Source: Octopus sinensis
Lineage: Eukaryota
Direction of reading: 5' to 3'
Assembly: GCF_006345805.1 (NCBI RefSeq)
Contig: NC_043021.1
Location: forward strand, 5,146,001-5,210,000
DNA length: 64,000 bases
The notes below the pieces were generated by a model. That model did no database searches and was not told the DNA's origin. It was given only the letters and a program-made list of their open reading frames with translations. Positions 62,601 to 64,000 of this stretch are shown one piece after another; position 1 is the first letter of the stretch, and each line of letters starts with the position of its first letter. Both the position numbers and the translations under genes were made by a program.

Positions 62601-62618
62601 TACCAACTTTAAGATTTG
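41306..62618 (-). CDS. PHF12: PHD finger protein 12 (Pf1) ortholog, 14 visible coding exons, 5'-incomplete; Sin3/HDAC complex subunit with two PHD fingers and an FHA-like domain
   Basis: Exons 62437-62618, 60353-60428, 58157-58343, 56605-56719, 55848-55980, 55532-55702, 54690-54914, 51743-53042, 49513-49647, 49181-49291, 47167-47268, 45932-46014, 43983-44267, 41306-41527 join in frame (3327 nt) with GT-AG introns. Peptides match remembered PHF12 motifs in the expected order: [115 protein letters not shown]. Confidence 0.95.
43983..44267 (-). CDS. PHF12: PHF12 exon: FHA-like domain and polar linker
   Basis: Acceptor ttcacctgcag, donor GGA|gtgagt; [29 protein letters not shown]...PTMSAKWRG. 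Confidence 0.93.
44394..45276 (+). repeat. Head-to-tail array of SINE family-A 5' halves (4 full units and 1 partial, ~200 bp each)
   Basis: Units start at 44394, 44616, 44807, 45004, 45212, separated by (TA)n. Confidence 0.92.
45932..46014 (-). CDS. PHF12: PHF12 exon: FHA-like domain
   Basis: Acceptor tctcttgtcaag, donor GAG|gtaaag; (G)[27 protein letters not shown]. Confidence 0.93.
47167..47268 (-). CDS. PHF12: PHF12 exon: start of FHA-like domain
   Basis: Acceptor ttgttttcag, donor G|gtaatt; [33 protein letters not shown](G). Confidence 0.92.
49181..49291 (-). CDS. PHF12: PHF12 exon: conserved helix [22 protein letters not shown]
   Basis: Acceptor ctctactttcag, donor A|gtatgg; resembles the remembered vertebrate PHF12 segment [23 protein letters not shown]. 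Confidence 0.88.
49513..49647 (-). CDS. PHF12: PHF12 exon
   Basis: Acceptor aatttttag, donor G|gtagag (alternative same-phase donor 9 nt upstream); (G)[11 protein letters not shown]...[14 protein letters not shown](E). Confidence 0.8.
51743..53042 (-). CDS. PHF12: PHF12 large low-complexity exon (433 codons, Ser/Thr/Asn-rich)
   Basis: Acceptor tttttccag|TGG, donor G|gtatgt; begins [16 protein letters not shown] (conserved PHF12 helix); lies in ORF 51657..53195(-). Confidence 0.9.
53733..54120. mobile_element. MITE with 30-bp TIRs and 8-bp TSD, containing CCCTAA units
   Basis: TIR ggatcttttcggtttgaacggcagtttttt and its exact reverse complement; TSD aaccccag at 53725-53732 and 54121-54128. 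Confidence 0.9.
54690..54914 (-). CDS. PHF12: PHF12 exon
   Basis: Acceptor ttgtttcag, donor GAG|gtgagt; [17 protein letters not shown]...KATIEEQEE; 225 nt, phase 0-0. Confidence 0.92.
55380..55500. repeat. Compound (GAA)n(GGA)n(CGA)n trinucleotide repeat
   Basis: Directly visible, about 30 nt into the intron after the donor at 55531. Confidence 0.95.
55532..55702 (-). CDS. PHF12: PHF12 exon after PHD2
   Basis: Acceptor tctcttaacag, donor TCT|gtaagt; [57 protein letters not shown]. Confidence 0.92.
55848..55980 (-). CDS. PHF12: PHF12 exon: PHD2 core
   Basis: Acceptor tttttctccag, donor ATT|gtgagt; [44 protein letters not shown]. Confidence 0.95.
56605..56719 (-). CDS. PHF12: PHF12 exon: start of PHD2
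   Basis: Acceptor tgtttttgtag, donor AA|gttagt; (G)[37 protein letters not shown](K). Confidence 0.92.
56853..56895 (+). pseudogene. tRNA-Glu-like relic lacking the anticodon arm
   Basis: TCCCATG-TGGTCTAGCGATTAGG joined directly to TTCAATTTCTGG-CATGGGA-A; paired acceptor stem; 5' half resembles eukaryotic tRNA-Glu. Confidence 0.55.
58157..58343 (-). CDS. PHF12: PHF12 exon: acidic linker and NPTQFELP motif
   Basis: Acceptor cacttccag, donor G|gtaaac; [10 protein letters not shown]...[32 protein letters not shown](G). Confidence 0.92.
58700..58860 (-). pseudogene. Tc1/mariner-type transposase relic
   Basis: Minus strand reads [44 protein letters not shown], a decayed DNAPxH...WPPxSPDLNPIENLW motif, with frameshift and stops upstream. 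Confidence 0.75.
58884..59430 (-). mobile_element. CR1-type LINE 3' fragment with (TAA)n-type tail
   Basis: [22 protein letters not shown]...[17 protein letters not shown]; a second copy of the extreme 3' end lies at 58520-58582. Confidence 0.85.
59955..60223. mobile_element. Second, internally deleted copy of the TTAGGG-bearing MITE (opposite orientation)
   Basis: Same ggatc...gatcc termini; TSD atatttag at 59947-59954 and 60224-60231; TTAGGG-type run at about 60056-60090. Confidence 0.88.
60353..60428 (-). CDS. PHF12: PHF12 exon: end of PHD1
   Basis: Acceptor ttctttttcag, donor GAG|gtgagt; (H)[25 protein letters not shown]; 76 nt, phase 2 to 0. Confidence 0.93.
60483..61030 (-). mobile_element. 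Probable decayed Helitron-like element
   Basis: Minus-strand 3' hairpin CCGGGTGAAACCGGG followed by CTTG|T; internal GT/GA microsatellites; boundaries approximate. Confidence 0.45.
62437..62618 (-). CDS. PHF12: PHF12 exon: N-terminal region and first part of PHD1
   Basis: Acceptor ccattaacag, donor CA|gtaagt; [60 protein letters not shown]; absent from the ORF track. Confidence 0.95.
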
Positions 62619-63224
62619 CTGTTAATGGAGGTGAAAGGAAAAACAAAAATGAGTCATGTATGTTATAACTGAGTCCTATCAACCCTTTTGATAATAATCC
62701 CACCTGAGACAGCCCTTCATTCTCTGGTAAAAGCTCCTGTTTTAAAGTAATTTAAATTAAAACCTTCCAAACACCAGCTTAATAATTGACTTAGCCCTTA
62801 ATTTCAAAATTAACAAAAGCAGTGCATTCCAACAGAAATATGGTAACAAAAGGGCTAACATCATCATCATTTAGCATCTGGAAGAATTACCCACAGGTAT
62901 AGGTAAATATTTCATTTATTTCTTACCACATTTATCGCTGACGAGGAGAAAATTCTTATGAATTAACTGTGAAATTGGGACCGATTTAATAACAACGGAA
63001 TTTTGTAGAAATTTCTGTCAGCTTACTTTGAGACGCGTGCTTATAGTGATAAATTATATGGTTACTGATGAATTTGTCTACTTTCGGCATATTTGGTATT
63101 AGAATTTTTTCTTTTACCCTTGTTTATAAGTTGTTTATGAATTTAACCTTTAAAGGTATTTTTTAATATGCTGGCCATTGATAGAATTTCTTTTTGAAAA
63201 ATTTTATCCTATATTAGATATATA

Positions 63225-63597
63225 TCTCTCTCTATATAAACGGCAGTTTGTCTGTGCGTGTTCTGTGTGTCTTTTTTCTCGTACCCCACCCTGACCACGC
63301 TTTCACCATTCTGATGAACTTGACACACCATAGCCCAATGTCATAATTCAAAACTAACGCAGCAAAAATTTTGAAAAGTTCCCCCAGTTCTGAAAAAGAT
63401 CGATAAATTCACATGGGGTCGAATTTCAGAAAACAAACCACAACCGTCTAGGGGACGCAACTCCACCTTTTTTAACTGTCAAAAAAATTTACCATCATTT
63501 TTTTCCATTTTTTTGCTATTTTTTGGCTATAACTCTCTAAAAATGCTTTATAGTTATTTCCCTTACAAACCGGAGCAACGCCGGGCGATACTGCTAG
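63225..63597 (+). mobile_element. Non-autonomous Helitron, complete termini
   Basis: A|TC start at 63225; CCGGAGCAACGCCGG hairpin and CTAG|T end at 63597; homologous to 7011-7394. Confidence 0.8.
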
Positions 63598-64000
63598 TAT
63601 ATAATATAACGGTGGTGCATCAGCATGACCGCAGCTCTGAGCTGAAACTATAGAGAGAAAAAAAAATATATATATATATATATAATATATATATATATAT
63701 ATACACACATACACACACACACATGCATGCACAGACAGACAGACATACACACACACACAGAGTGAAAGAGAGAAATTCTAACATGGATACATGTGAGTAA
63801 ACAAACCTGTTTCTAAGAAAGTCAAAAGAATAAATCAAAGTGACAACAAATGTGACATCTTGACAAGACCAACCACAACTATCCTGGTGCGTCTTTCAAC
63901 ATTTCTAAACTATTTCGGAGCCTTTTTTACTAACAAATGACAGCAATGGACATTGAAACCTATCTCACGTTAATTTTCCCCACCTGTACCCTCTTTGCTC

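Noticed and set aside
62619-64000. Search for the first PHF12 coding exon (expected YDLDTSGGLME-like peptide)
   Set aside because: Not found by eye; presumed to lie beyond the window.

Overview
AT-rich, repeat-dense eukaryotic DNA. The SINE families and (TA)n/(CA)n load look like an Octopus/coleoid cephalopod genome (inference from repeat content). The main gene is a minus-strand PHF12 (Pf1) ortholog. I traced 14 coding exons by hand from 62618 down to a TAG at 41306. All introns are GT-AG and phase-compatible, giving 3327 nt or 1108 visible aa: PHD1, PHD2, a 433-codon Ser/Thr-rich exon and an FHA-like C-terminus. The first coding exon was not found in the window. The left part probably holds the 3' end of an unidentified plus-strand gene (27-nt microexon at 2224, terminal exon at 16093, long UTR-like tract). 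The rest is tRNA-derived SINEs (CORE-like, Nin/Deu-domain, Meta-domain), CR1-type LINE fragments, non-autonomous Helitrons, piggyBac-like MITEs, a MITE carrying TTAGGG repeats, a Tc1 transposase relic and micro/minisatellites. The most notable non-coding signals are two apparently intact minimal type-I hammerhead ribozymes (15816-15860 minus, 39379-39496 plus), degenerate hammerhead relics and several long fold-back palindromes, together suggesting Penelope-like or retrozyme elements. Most ORFs in the supplied track are microsatellite or SINE artefacts. All family assignments are from remembered motifs, with no database search.
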